In this document: positions 1 to 30,080 of the stretch, in pieces
Layout of the letters: each line of letters begins with the position of its first letter
How positions within the stretch are numbered: the first letter of the stretch is position 1
Assembly: GCA_002269645.1 (NCBI GenBank)
Contig: NIVC01000922.1
Span: 269,716-333,715 of the forward strand
Direction of reading: 5' to 3'
DNA from: Macrostomum lignano
Taxonomy: Eukaryota
Length of the DNA stretch: 64,000 nucleotides
Program-made: the position numbers and the translations under genes
Notes under the pieces: generated by a model
What the model was told of the DNA's origin: nothing
Database searches by the model: none
The model's input: the letters and a program-made list of their open reading frames with translations, nothing else

Positions 1-805
1 GTGAATGTCTTCATGGTCCTCAGTTAGTGAATGTCTTCATGGTCCTCAGTTAGTGAATGTCTTCATGGTCCTCAGTTAGTGAATGTCTTCATGGTCCTCA
101 GTTAGTGAATGTCTTCATGGTCCTCAGTTAGTGAATGTCTTCATGGTCCTCAGTTAGTGAATGTCTTCATGGTCCTCAGTTAGTGAATGTCTTCATGGTC
201 CTCAGTTAGTGAATGTCTTCATGGTCCTCAGTTAGTGAATGTCTTCATGGTCCTCAGTTAGTGAATGTCTTCATGGTCCTCAGTTAGTGAATGTCTTCAT
301 GGTCCTCAGTTAGTGAATGTCTTCATGGTCCTCAGTTAGTGAATGTCTTCATGGTCCTCAGTTAGTGAATGTCTTCATGGTCCTCAGTTAGTGAATGTCT
401 TCATGGTCCTCAGTTAGTGAATGTCTTCATGGTCCTCAGTTAGTGAATGTCTTCATGGTCCTCAGTTAGTGAATGTCTTCATGGTCCTCAGTTAGTGAAT
501 GTCTTCATGGTCCTCAGTTAGTGAATGTCTTCATGGTCCTCAGTTAGTGAATGTCTTCATGGTCCTCAGTTAGTGAATGTCTTCATGGTCCTCAGTTAGT
601 GAATGTCTTCATGGTCCTCAGTTAGTGAATGTCTTCATGGACCTCAGTTAGTGAATGTCTTCATAGACCTCAGTTAGTGAATGTCTTCATGGTCCTCAGT
701 TAGTGAATGTCTTCATGGTCCTCAGTTAGTGAATGTCTTCATGGTCCTCAGTTACTGAATGTCTTCATGGTCCTCAGTTACTGAATGTCTTCATGGTCCT
801 CAGTG
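1..805. repeat. Tandem array, 26-bp unit GTGAATGTCTTCATGGTCCTCAGTTA (~31 copies, cut by window edge), in a PKG intron
   Basis: Near-perfect direct repeats. Confidence 0.98.
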
Positions 806-1026
806 ATTGCCTTTATGATGATCAGCTAGTCAGTGTCTACACGGTTCTCAATTAGTGTGGCTGTATGGGCCTTAGTTATGAGCCTTTTTATGGTTCTAAA
901 TTTGACTCTTTCTGACACTTTATCAATGTAATTTTATTTATTACTGCTAATATCTTAAATTGGTGCTTTACAACCATCATAACTTAATCACAAAAATTGC
1001 ACTTAATATTTATTTCAATCTTGCAG

Positions 1027-18235
<17,209 letters not shown>

Positions 18236-19424
18236 CTTGCCTATCCGGCTTTCACTGTTGCTGCAGGTGCCAACAAAGACTTACGAGTTTTTATTGATTG
18301 TCCGACACAAGGACTTACATGATAAAAAACTTATTTGCGCACTTGAATTGCCGCCCTGTTCACATAGGCTAGCAATGTTTGAAATATGAAATTTTCCGAG
18401 TTACTGCTTTCCTAGAAATCTGACTGTTTGTTGAAAATCGAGAAATTATTGCTTTTTTTCTGGCGCAAATTCAAATTTGTAGAAAAAAATAGATGTACTG
18501 AAAATAAACAAAATTATTGCTGTATAAATTTGATTCTGGCACAGGAAATTTTTTTCTCGAATTTCGCTTGTCAACCGCTTGATCTGTGTATTTCTGTCTT
18601 CTGTTTGTAAAAATAATATTTAACGCTTTATCAACTACCAGATAGAAATCTTATCATATTTATTTTCAGCGAACTTCTCTCACTGGTACCCTACATGTAG
18701 TGCTTCGATTTTGCTTAATAACCCTGTGCCCAAATCATAACTGTTATTACCATTATGCTATTGATTATTCGAGTTTTATTCTCCTCTGCTCTCGATAGTT
18801 TTATTTCGAATTTACTTCTAACCTACTGGTAACTCGCTATATTTTTACTGTCACAAGTAATATGACGCGGGTACATGCTTCCAAACATCAGTTTAATTTG
18901 TTTTGGGGGTTGTTTTATTCGATTTTATTCGGGTTGTCTGTCTGTCTGTCTGTCTGTCTGTCAGCCTGTCTGTCTGTCTGTCTGTCTGCCTATCTGTCAG
19001 CCTGTCTGTCCGTCTTTGCTTCAAAGTACCTTCGGCCTAACTGAGCAATATACATACAAGTATAATCCATTGTGATGTCTTGTCAATTTTTCAAACTTAT
19101 TCGTATTAGAAAACCAACCGTTAGTCGAATAATTTAATTGCCTCTTTGTTTTCAAATTAAAAAAAATTGTCGCAGATATCTTTTTGTTACTGTTCTGTGT
19201 TGATTCTGTTTTGTGCTTGTGCTCACACCAAAAAGTGATTGTCACACCTGGATAAATTGACTGGCATCCCGCACTGCACTTATTTTAATCAGTTCATTCT
19301 ACTTGGGCCAATTAAATGAATACTGTTCATTGCGTTTCCAATTTCGAAAGTTTACTTTTGCAATTGACTTGATTTAACAATCAATTTCGAGTCCTCGAGT
19401 GAGAATCAACTATCGGTGACAGCA

Positions 19425-19898
19425 TGGCTGGCGACAGAGTGAAGCATGGCTGCACAGTGACACACAGTGAAGCATGGCTGCACACTGACACAGTGACACA
19501 CAGTGAAGCATGGCTGCACACTGACACAGTGAAGCATGGCTGCACACTGACACACAGTGACACACAGTGAAGCATGGCTCCACACTGACACACAGTGACA
19601 CACAGTGAAGCATGGCTCCACACTGACACACAGTGACACACAGTGAAGCATGGCTCCACACTGACACACAGTGACACAGTGAAGCATGGCTCCACACTGA
19701 AACACAGTGACACACAGTGAAGCATGGCTCCACACTGACACACAGTGACACACAGTGAAGCATGGCTCCACACTGACACACAGTGACACAGTGAAGCATG
19801 GCTCCACACTGACACACAGTGACACAGTGAAGCATGGCTCCACACTGAAACACAGTGACACACAGTGAAGCATGGCTCCACACTGACACACAGTGAAG
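19425..19898 (-). repeat. Inverted second array of the same 26-bp family as 16558-17165
   Basis: The plus strand reads CACAGTGAAGCATGGCTCCACACTGA, the reverse complement of the intron array unit. Confidence 0.95.
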
Positions 19899-20438
19899 CA
19901 AAGGCAGATAAATTTGTTTAAAAGTGCATCAGGCCAGAATTAACTTTCTGAATGTGACCATTATAGAATGTGAAACCATAGTGAAATACAAATTTTATAT
20001 TTAACAATCAATTGTCGCTTGTTTTATTTGACAGATGCAGTGTATAATTCAAATGGCTTTATTTATGCGAGGTTACGAAAACTTGGTCCTTAACTACACA
20101 TCCAAAGACCACACAAGTGTGCTTATAAATCCGCATTTAAAATAGAACGAACTTTATTTCATGCAGCACTGCATGGTTAGCAGCGATGAAAGTGAAGATC
20201 GCGGCTGAACATAAATGCCCTCCAACATTCAGCATTCCCCAAATAGAACACTAAACCATGTAGAATATTTGTATATACATTTCCAGCTTGTTGCGTACAC
20301 AGCCAAGTGTAAGTGCGCCTTTGACAATCATTTATACAAGCCTTGATACAGTTGCGGTGTTACACCAGCTCTGCCTCTCAAGGTCTCTGCATTAGATATG
20401 CGAGTCTTGAAAGCTGCAGTGTACATAGGGAGCTCTGT

Positions 20439-20440
<2 letters not shown>

Positions 20441-20503
<63 letters not shown>
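20441..20503. repeat. (CT)n microsatellite
   Basis: Direct inspection. Confidence 0.95.
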
Positions 20504-20509
<6 letters not shown>

Positions 20510-20906
20510 CTGTTCTTTCTTCGCTTTTCTAATTGCTGAACTTACTGCTTTTAAAGCTTAACTATATATTTGCATTCGACTTTACAATACACGCACACGC
20601 TTAGCAAATGCCGCATTGAAGTTATATTTATAACACAATTACAGCGCTACACAGAGCCTGCCTGATAGATTGTTGCCTTTGACATGCTGAGGTGGGTGAC
20701 CTATCAAGTATTAAATTAGAGTTAATGGAGATGCCGATTGAGAGAGCTGCTAGTCTGGCCATAGACAAGTCTGGCAACTAGAAGCTCTAACTCAATCCAT
20801 CGTCTGCTTACTTGCCCCAACCCTCCTAATTTTTGAACGGGACGTCCTGACTCGACTTATAGCTAGAGCGCAATCGATAGAGTTTTATGCAACTCTGGCA
20901 CTGCGT

Positions 20907-22350
20907 ATGGCATCTGCGACCACTGAAAGTCCGGACACTGAGGAAGATTTCCACCAGCAGCGCCAGGAACTTCTCAATCATCGACCCGATGCCAGCGATA
21001 CTGACAATCGCCCAACTGACGCGTACGTCTCTAAGTGATTTGCCTTCCTTTATCAAGTTTATAGTATAATAATAATAATAGTAATACACCCGCCCAAATG
21101 GGCAGATGTGCAACCGACAGCTCAGCCGCAGCTATTGCGCAGCGCATCTGAAGGCTGCGTTCGGCTGTTCAGTCCAAGGACTGGCGGATCGACTAATGCT
21201 AATGCTGGCACCCATTTTACAGCTGGGTGAACTGAAGCAATCCAGAGTTAAGTGTCTTGCTCAAGGACACGAACCCCCGACCTTTCAGTCATGACATGAG
21301 TCCGACGCTCTAGCCACTAGGCTACAACCATTACATGCACATTCAGCCACATTTATCAGGTTACATGCCACATGTACACTCGGCAACATGTTAAAGTTTC
21401 TACCCCGAACCCATGCAGTGATCAACTTTTCTCATATCTCTAAATGGCGCAATACACACCACCGCCTAAAGCTGCCACTTTCTAACCCACAAGTTCTATG
21501 CTATAACAATTGTTATTGTCACTTGCCTTTCCCTGACCATAGATACAAACTTCTTGCAAGACCGCCAAAATTCGAATAGAGCGTTCTTTTTATGGCGAAT
21601 TGACCGAAGTGAAATGAAGTGCCAATCCAGGATTTAAAAAAAACTAGTGTACGCATAGACTTTTTGCCATAGACGTTGGTTATCCTTGGGGCAGTTAATT
21701 ATCTTCACGAGGGCCAGCCCCCGAGGCACAGACAGTGTGCATGTCTGAAAATTAGAAAGTCTGTGAACATTTGGATGCCTTCATCTCAATAAATCAATCC
21801 TGTCATAGACTTGGGGTTCAGAGAAGCTGCTTAAAAAATTCATGTGTTTAATTTTCTTATTCGCACCATCAGCCTGTCGGACGTGAGCGACCAGCCAATG
21901 TCGCGATGCGCCACGCCGCCTGGAACACCCGAGAACTGCACGAGTTTCATCGCTTCTCAAGCCGACCAGCTATTCAGCAGCGCCGAACACGAGGAGAGGC
22001 ACCAGTTGTCTCTGGGCGCCACTGTCGAAGTTGAAATCGAGCGAGTCAGCAGCGACAGCGAGGTGGACGTTGAGAATCTGTCTCCGCCGCTACAGCAGCT
22101 GCCGGAATCCTCAAATCCTGCTGCTCAACAACCACAAGCAGACAGTGAAACTACAGATGTGAGCGAAGACGGTTGCGAAGAAAATACTGAAGATACAAGT
22201 CGATCTTCACCTGAGCAGCAGCCCACAGCATCGACAGCGCTGGAGCCGGCCGCATTCAACGGTTTGGTTGACAGTTTCAATTTGGCCCGATCGCAGCGAG
22301 AAGTTGTGCAGCAGCTGCTGATATCGGCGCATCAGTCGCACCATCTTCCG

Positions 22351-22385
<35 letters not shown>

Positions 22386-22821
22386 TCAGGTGTTTTGTCC
22401 GACAGGGTGTAACTACATGTACCCTCCGCCTCAGCAGCTGAGTCTGCTGCCTCCTCCTGCTGGTGCTCCTTCTCTTCCTCATTCTTCTCAACAGCCGCAC
22501 CAGCATCACCAGCATCTGCAGGCTGCTGCTGCGGCGGCAGCGGCAGCAGCGGCAGCAGCAGCAGCAGCCGCGGCAGCCGCGGCAACTCAAGGTAATAAGA
22601 TTTCGCCATTCACAGCGCCGCACCTTCTGCCGATGCAGCAGACTATTGCGTCGTCGTCGTCATCGTTGCCAACGACGTCAACTTCGCTGTCGTCAAAGGC
22701 TTCGCCGTCTCCGATTGCGCCGCCGACAAATGGCCTCAGGCCTGACCTGCTTCGATCCATGAGCTTCCCGCCGCCTCCGCAGCTTCCTCCGATGTTTCCA
22801 CAGCCGCCGCCGCCGCCGCCG

Positions 22822-22856
<35 letters not shown>

Positions 22857-25796
22857 ACAGTCAACTGCGCTTCAACCCTACACAGCAGCCGCAATGCCAG
22901 CTTCAGCTGGAAGTAGCAGCGTTTATAAGTTTGCTTACCCGCCGCCTCAGTTGGATTACAGTTTGCAGTCGCAGCAGTCGCCACAGCCTGGACAGCTGGT
23001 CCGGTTTGGTTGCCTGGCACAGCAGCAGCAGCAGCAGCAGCAGCAGCATTTGTCGACACATCCCCCAACATCCCACCATCCGCCGCCAACCCTGCCGAGT
23101 TTCTGTCAATTGGCCGTTCTTCATCGCTCCGGCGCTCCAGCTGGCAGCCTGCAGTCATCGCCGCAGTTTCAACCGCCGCACTATCAGTTTGCACCATTTC
23201 CACAGCAGAATCTGCACTTGCAACAACAGCAGCAACAGCTGCAGCAACAGTTGAAGCGACGTCAATTGCTAGATCAGTCCGCTGACTCATCAAGATTGTC
23301 TACTAGTACAGCTGGAAACGGATCAAACGTGTCGCATAACCCGACGCAGCAACAGCAGCCATCTGCTACCGGCGAAGCTGCCGGGTCTCCGCCTGCCAAC
23401 AAGCGGCGCAAACGCGGGCTGGATGGCGCTTCGGCTGGCGCCAGCGCGACATTGGAGCCGGCTGAGCAGCAGCAAGAGATTCGACAGTTTCAACGTCTGG
23501 CACCTGAACTGTTCTGTTGGCACGGTGAGGGACCAGTGAACTGTGGGCTGTAGGTTGTGGGGATGCACATTCTACTCCTCCCTACATCTCTAAAAACTTG
23601 CTAATATCTCATCTTAAAATTAATAACAACAATCAATTCAAGACCGTTGTGGGCACCCTAGTGCGAGACATTGTCACACAAGCAGTGCTGACGACAATTC
23701 TGTCCATTCCGCAGACTCCTTAGCACATGCAAGCGCCCCAATACTGTACGCATTAACGCACTCATACACTCGCTCACGCAGGGTGTACAGCGACCCTTTG
23801 ACTTTCTACTAGTCAGGCAGGTACTCTCTCTGTGCCTTGGGGGGGGGTTGCGCCAAATTTCAATGCACACGAGCCCCAAACGAATGTGGTGACCGCGCGC
23901 GAAATCAACTAGCAGGGGTCGCGGCGCGAGAGTCAGAAGATGTGCGAGAGCGCCGTACACACACATTCACACACACCATCGCATTCGCAGGTCAGAAACC
24001 GATGATTCACCTGTTTCTACTGAAACTGTTGGACAACAGTCGCTGCCGAGCCAACATCGAATGGGTTGACAAATACAATCGCCTATTTAAAGTTGTTACG
24101 CCGTCGGCCATTGCCAAACTGTGGAAGCATATCAAGGGGAACAAGACGGATAATTACGAGTGCTTCGCTCGAGGCATTCGGTAGGCACTGTTCTTATTCG
24201 ACAATTGACAGAAAGGAAACAATGCGCCAAATTTACAGAAAAGTTGTGAAAAAAAACTATAAAAATAGCTTAAGAGAGCATCAATTTTTTATTCTTTTAC
24301 CAATTCCGGTTTTTTGCAGGCACTCGCGCGACATCGGGCGATACTTCGAGCCGCACGGATTTCGCCAGAAGAAAATCTACAAATTCTCGCCAAAAGCCAT
24401 CGAGGATTATCACAATTGTCAGCGGGTGGCGGCCGCAGCTGCAACAGCTACAACAATGTCGTCGGAGACTTTAACCGCGGCATCAACAAGCCACGGAGTC
24501 AACGGCGGTGTCGAAGGCGACCGCCAGGGATTAACGACGGATCATCCAACAGCTACTGACGGTTGCGATTCGTCAGTTTCTTTGGCTTCATCGACAGCAT
24601 CTTCGACCTCGCTGGCCGGACCGTCTGGTGATGGACAGTCGGCAGCTGACGAGGACAGACGAGCGTCCCACAACGGGGTCGGCAATGGTTCCGTTTCCGG
24701 CGGATGTAGTCACTCCATGCCGAATCCGGAAGTGCTCGAACGTCTGAAGAGCAAGCTCGCCGAGAGGAGACTGTCGAGCGCTGCCGCCGCAGCAGCAGCC
24801 GCTGCCGCAGCCCCAGCAGCTTCAGCCAGCGTCCCAGTGGTTGCGCCGCCAACAACCGTTGTGGAGCTCAAGATACTGGACGCTGTCGATTTCCAGATGC
24901 AAAATGCACCGATGTCCATTGCTACATCAGTTGGTGCTATTAGAGTATTAGAGACCGTCCATTCGGCTTTAAAGAAAGAAGTTGTTGAAGTGAAGTCAGT
25001 GACTACTGCTAATGTTGTACCGGCTGCTATTCCAAGTCAAACAACAGCCCCTGTCAGTCCTACAAATGACAAACAAACAGATCCGGATGCAACTAAAGTG
25101 TTTCTCCCTGCAAACTCTCATTTGGCTTGTGAATTTTCGCAGCCGATCTCTGGCAAGAATGAGTCTCAAATTGATGCAGCCGATCATTCTGAGCTGAAAA
25201 ACGACGATAAAGCAAAGTTTGAGAGCGCTGCCGCAAATTATGCAGCACCGAATGGCACTGTAAATCATTCCGTACTGCTGGATTCAGCTGCAGTTGACTG
25301 TGAAGCCTCATTCAGCCATGGTCAACAGACTATTGTCAAGATAGAATCGCTGGATGAGGTTGTTAATCGTGACGGTGAATTGTCCTCTGACAACGCTGTC
25401 TCCACAAATGCAGCTTGCGCTGAATCACATGCAGATGCAACTATGGAGAATTGTACTGTTAGTGAAACCGTAACAGTTCATTCTGCAGTGCTTGTCAACA
25501 CGAACGGCACTGACGATCCAGCCTCGAATGGTAGCGTATTATCGGAGAAAATTACGGCTAATATCAATCAGAAAGTGTCTGCGGTGGTCAAAATCGAACC
25601 GGGACATGATGTAGTCGATGCTCGTGTATCGGCAGAATCTTGCATAAGAACTATCAACGAGTCATCATCATCAATGTCCAATGTGAGTGCAAAAGTCGAG
25701 TCCCAAAAAGACTTTGGCAGCGTGCAAGATCGCAGTAGTGCCGATGATGAAGGCGAAGATGCGCCCCTGGTAATTGCCACCTCCGATGACAGCTAA
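20907..25796 (+). CDS. ETS-domain transcription factor, divergent; long polyQ/polyA/polyP N-terminal region (~1148 aa)
   Basis: Exons 20907-21034, 21873-23524, 23991-24180, 24320-25796 (3447 nt, phases 2/1/2 all match). The domain across exons 3-4 is IHLFLLKLLDN..IEWVDK..FKVV..IAKLWK.IKGNKTDNYECFARGIRH..KKIYKF, which follows the ETS winged-helix pattern. The first exon/ATG is less certain than the rest. Confidence 0.85.
21062..21326 (-). mobile_element. tRNA-derived CORE-type SINE, copy 1 (in first intron of ETS gene)
   Basis: Minus strand: A-box-like GTAGCCTAGTGG, B-box-like GGTTCG, then GTGTCCTTGAGCAAGACACTTAACTC...CAGTT...CTGTAAAATGGG resembling the MIR/CORE domain, ending in a (TAT)n tail. 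Confidence 0.8.
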
Positions 25797-26799
25797 CTAA
25801 TCTTGGAAACTTTTCGCATATTGCTTTCTAACACTTTTTCCACCGTGTTTAATCAGTTGGGTTCCACATAGTCCTGTATCGCTTTGTTGAAGTCATTAAA
25901 TAGTTTACAGTTCTACAATTGAACGTCTGTCCTTGATTTCTAACGCCCACTGATAAATAGTGAGTTTTCAATTTAAACAAGTAAAAAACAAAATAAGTAA
26001 CACTACGTACTACTACTCATTAATCAATAGTCTGTCATCCCCGCATTGAATTGTTTGTAATTTTCGAAAAGCTATCCTACCCATAAAACTTGAAAGAAGT
26101 TGTCGCAGAGAGTTCTGAGTTCTATACTTTTCACTAGTAAGAGTCTGTTTAGCTATTAGCTTTATAAAGGACTTCTTACACTTTAAATAAAACAATTGCT
26201 TTGTTAAAAATGACTATTTCAGTTCCACTGTTCATTAAACTATCTTAAGATTCTCATTCTTTTATTTTCAGATTTAAAATACGATTTCATAGTTTCACAT
26301 TTTCTTGTGAATTCTAGTTATTTTGTTACTTTTTTCTACAGCCCATTAATTTTTTAAGTCTAGCTAATGCCACTGCCATTTTTTAATAAAGAACTTATTT
26401 TGTTTATCATTTTGTTTATGATTCAATCCCGATATTTGCATTACACTGATTGCTTTCAAAATTCTTTTATGAAATGCATTATGCCTGTCACAGTTTCCTT
26501 TGTAACATGCAAGCTCTTCTAGACGTTTTGGGTTGTATGCCGTTTTGATTTACAATGTACTGCAAGCCCAATTGAGCAGTAAGCAGTTGAAATACACGAT
26601 TGGATGTTCATCATATTAATAATTGATTCTAGTCGAGGCGTTTCTTGTGCGTTTGGTTAAATAGGTACAGTTCAAAGTTCCCAAAATGAATTGTGCGAAT
26701 CTTTTTACTGTAGCCTTAACCGGTACCCCACTCAAAGTGGCTTTAACCAACTTCAACGTCACCGCTTAGCACTCCAATCTCCAATTTAAATTACCTTCA

Positions 26800-27215
26800 A
26801 ACGACTTCAAGGTCACCCTGAATGGAAAAACCCCACTCAGAGCGATTTTAACCAGTTCAAGGTCACCAATAGAAAATGGAAAATCCCCAACTGAGAGCGA
26901 CTTTAACCAGTTTTCAAGGTCACCAATAGAAAATGGAAAATCCCCAACTCAGAGAGAGCGACTTTAACCAGTTTTCAAGGTCACCAATAGAAAATGAAAA
27001 TTCCCCAACTCAGAACGACTTTAACCAGTTTTCAAGGTCACCAATAGAAAATGGAAAATCCCCAACTCAGAGAGAGCGACTTTAACCAGTTTTCAAGGTC
27101 ACCAATAGAAAATGGAAAATCCCCAACTCAGAGCGACTTTAACCAGTTTTCAAGGTCACCAATAGAAAATGGAAAATCTCTAACCCAAAGCGACTTTAAC
27201 CAGTTCAAGGTCACC
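26800..27215. repeat. Tandem array, ~57-bp unit GCGACTTTAACCAGTTTTCAAGGTCACCAATAGAAAATGGAAAATCCCCAACTCAGA
   Basis: About 7 direct repeats between the convergent 3' ends of the ETS and minus-strand genes. Confidence 0.94.
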
Positions 27216-27524
27216 GCTAAAAAATTGAAGTCTCCCAAAATCGCATAGCATCGTAACTCAAGGAAAGCTATTTCTTTCCAATTTCTTAAATCATTTAGAC
27301 AAAGCACAACGCGCATTCAACTGGAAACTGCAGTGTTGCAAAAATCAAAATAAATTTCGGTCGCACTGTTCCAAGGTATAATTTTCGGAAAATAACTCGG
27401 GCATATAGTCATCAAGAGACTCAAAACTATGCGCGCTGCCCTTCGTTAATAATCTGGATGATATGAACGTGACCGATTTTTCATTGGAAAACAATTCAGT
27501 AAATAAAGATTTTCACCGGCCTAA

Positions 27525-27770
27525 TCAGCTCTGATCAGCTGACAATTCGAACTTTTGTCGGTCTCTTCTCAAGCGTCGAATGCTGGTGTAGTAAGTCCTG
27601 CTTGGTAAAACTGCTTCGCTGCTGGTATTTCCGTTGTCGGGACTTACGGGATCCTCCTCCTCCTCCTGATGCGGCTCCAGCACCAGATACTGGCTTTCGC
27701 TTGACTTTTTCAGCGGTTGCTGCTGCTGATGCTGTTGTTGTTGCTGCTTTTGTTGTTGTTGTTGTTGTTT

Positions 27771-27819
<49 letters not shown>

Positions 27820-28754
27820 AGTTGTTGCGAGCGCCTCCGTCTACGTCGTCGCCTCCGTCGACGCTGCTGAAACTTCTGGTCGCCTCGAAACTCCGGCTTG
27901 CTCCAAATTTCTGCCGCGGCCGTGAGGCTGTTAGATTGTTTGCAGCAAATAGTTTATTAACTTCTCTGGCAGCCTAGTCACTCTCACTCCATCTCAGCCA
28001 CTCAGACTATCTCCGTCACTCTAACTCCATCTCTCTCACTCCATTTCAGTCACTCTCACTCCATCTCATCCACTCTCACTCCATCTCATTCACTCTAACT
28101 CCATCTCTCTCACTCCATTTCAGTCACTCTCACTCCATCTCATTCACTCTAACTCCATCTCAGTCACTCTCGCTCCAACCCAGTCACTCTCACTCCAACT
28201 CAGTCACTCTCACTCCATCTCAGTCGCTCTCACTCCAACTCAGTCACTCTCACTCCAACTCAGTCACTCTCATTTCATCTCAGTCACTCTAACTCTATCT
28301 CAGTCACTCTAACTCCATCTCAGTCACTCTCATTCCACCTCAGTCGCTCTCACTCCATCCAGACGCTACCCAATGGCCAAAGCCGCTACCTACCTATCGG
28401 GTCTAGCGGAGGCAAGGGCGCTGGTCAAACAGCTCACAGTCCACCGCTTGGCCGTCACCAGGACAATTTTTCCGGACTCGGCTCGATCGCTGCTTGGCGA
28501 TCCCTGCAACGAATTCGGACTCCGGCTCTTGTGAAAGGATTGCAGACTCCACCGCCTCGGCTGGAGCGGTCGCAGCGACAGCAGACTTGGTGGCGGGATG
28601 TCCGCGATGGTGAAGTAGATCCGATTGCCGCATCGGGTGGCTAGTAGCCGGGCACTCCTCTTTGATGCCGACTTTGATGCGCCGTCGACCGGTATGACTG
28701 CGGATCGATTCTTTCTTGTTGTCATGGCGACGGATTCAACCGTTTGCGATGTTT
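27525..28754 (-). CDS. Terminal two exons of an uncharacterised minus-strand gene (Ser/Arg-rich exon, then poly-Arg + polyQ exon)
   Basis: Exon 28754-28394 (acceptor TTAG; ETSQTVESVAMTTRKN...SARPD, donor AG|GTAGGT, phase 2) joins in frame to exon 27927-27525 (acceptor CTAACAG; SLTAAAEIWSKPEFRGDQKFQQRRRRRRRRRRSQQLQQQ...ELSADQS*). The intervening intron holds a 20-bp array. No family recognised. Confidence 0.6.
27975..28360. repeat. Tandem array, 20-bp unit CACTCTCACTCCATCTCAGT
   Basis: Direct repeats in intron 28393-27928. Confidence 0.93.
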
Positions 28755-29589
28755 CTAAGAAATCAAACCATGTTTCAGCTCTTTTATAGCAGATTAAAAT
28801 AATACTGCGCGTTAACGACGCTTATCAATGCCCTCTTTTGATAGTTTTGGCCATAGACATACTGGTCTGAATTGGCCCGAGTCAAGTCATAGGCAACTTT
28901 TCAGTTGTCCTTGAATCATCTATTCTAGGAATATAAATCTGGATTGAAGACTGTGGATATATGATCCTAGTCAGATACTGATTCTAAAGTATGGGGTCTT
29001 AGTCAGATTACTGATTCTAGGGTATGGGATCTTATATTTTTCAGTTCAGTGGACAGATTAACATCAATGCTTGTTAGAAATATTTCAAAATATACTTGTC
29101 AAATATTGGAAAAGCACTATTTTTACCTAGCAGAATGGGTATTCTTTTATCGAAATGGAAAATTTTGTCTCTGATATCATTAATAGCATTAATAACTCTA
29201 TTTTATAGCTCCAATAATGAAGCTCACACCTATTAATACTCTAGGGTGAAACAGATTCAGATGGGGCAGAGCATTGACAGACGTTTAGCCAAATAAGCTC
29301 AGGTCTAGTACATTACGGTACCGAATCATCTGTTCATTAGTCGTTTCAGGATATATAATTATAAGCTTCCGCTCTTTGGCTTTCTCTCATTAAGTGGACT
29401 GCCCTCGTTAGTGGCAACCGCAGATGCCTGTAAATTGATCAGCTATCATATTAATGAGTTCGTTTAGGAACTTAAACACACCGTCGTCGTCTACAATATC
29501 CTAAAAAATATATCATCTGACAGCTAGCTGAAATGGTTTAATCACTATAATCACTACTTCAGTTACAGCTATATCGAAAAAGATAGCTT

Positions 29590-30080
29590 CTAACTATCGC
29601 GCACAAACCCACCACCCCATTTTATTCCGCTTTTTGACTATCGAGCGCGCGAACGCATCACCCCAGCCATGTTTTTCTACCTCTGGCTATCGGGCACAAA
29701 CCCACCACCCCATGTTTTTTTTATCTCAGGCTGCCGCGCACAAACCCACCACCCCATGTTTTTCTATCTCAGGCTTTCGGGCACAAACCCGCCACCCCTG
29801 GCTATCGTGCGCAACCAACCACCCCATCTTATTCCGCTTCTGGCTATCATGCACAAACCCACCACCCCGTCTTATTCTGCCTCTGGCTATCGTGCATAAA
29901 CCCACCACCCCATCTTATTCCGCCTCTGGCTATCGTGCACAAACCCACCACCCCATCTTATTCCGCCTCTGGCTATCGTGCACAAACTCACCACCCCATC
30001 TTATTCCGCCTCTGGCTATCGTGCACAAACTCACCACCCCATCTTATTCCGTCTCTGACTATCAGACACAAAGCCACCAC
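29590..30080. repeat. Tandem array, 43-bp unit AAACCCACCACCCCATCTTATTCCGCCTCTGGCTATCGTGCAC
   Basis: Direct repeats. Confidence 0.93.

Noticed and set aside
1-805. CRISPR-like regular repeats (here and in other arrays)
   Set aside because: Units are head-to-tail with no unique spacers, there are no cas genes, and the context is eukaryotic introns.
21230-21326. tRNA gene (also 36330-36421)
   Set aside because: The tRNA-like heads run directly into CORE-like sequence and do not give a complete cloverleaf; they are SINEs.
22207-23568. Antisense and alternative-frame ORFs over ETS exon 2
   Set aside because: By-products of CAG/GCN-rich low-complexity coding sequence.
27602-27925. Plus-strand poly-Val ORF resembling a transmembrane peptide
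   Set aside because: It is the antisense of the (CAA)n polyQ exon of the minus-strand gene, which has matching splice sites.
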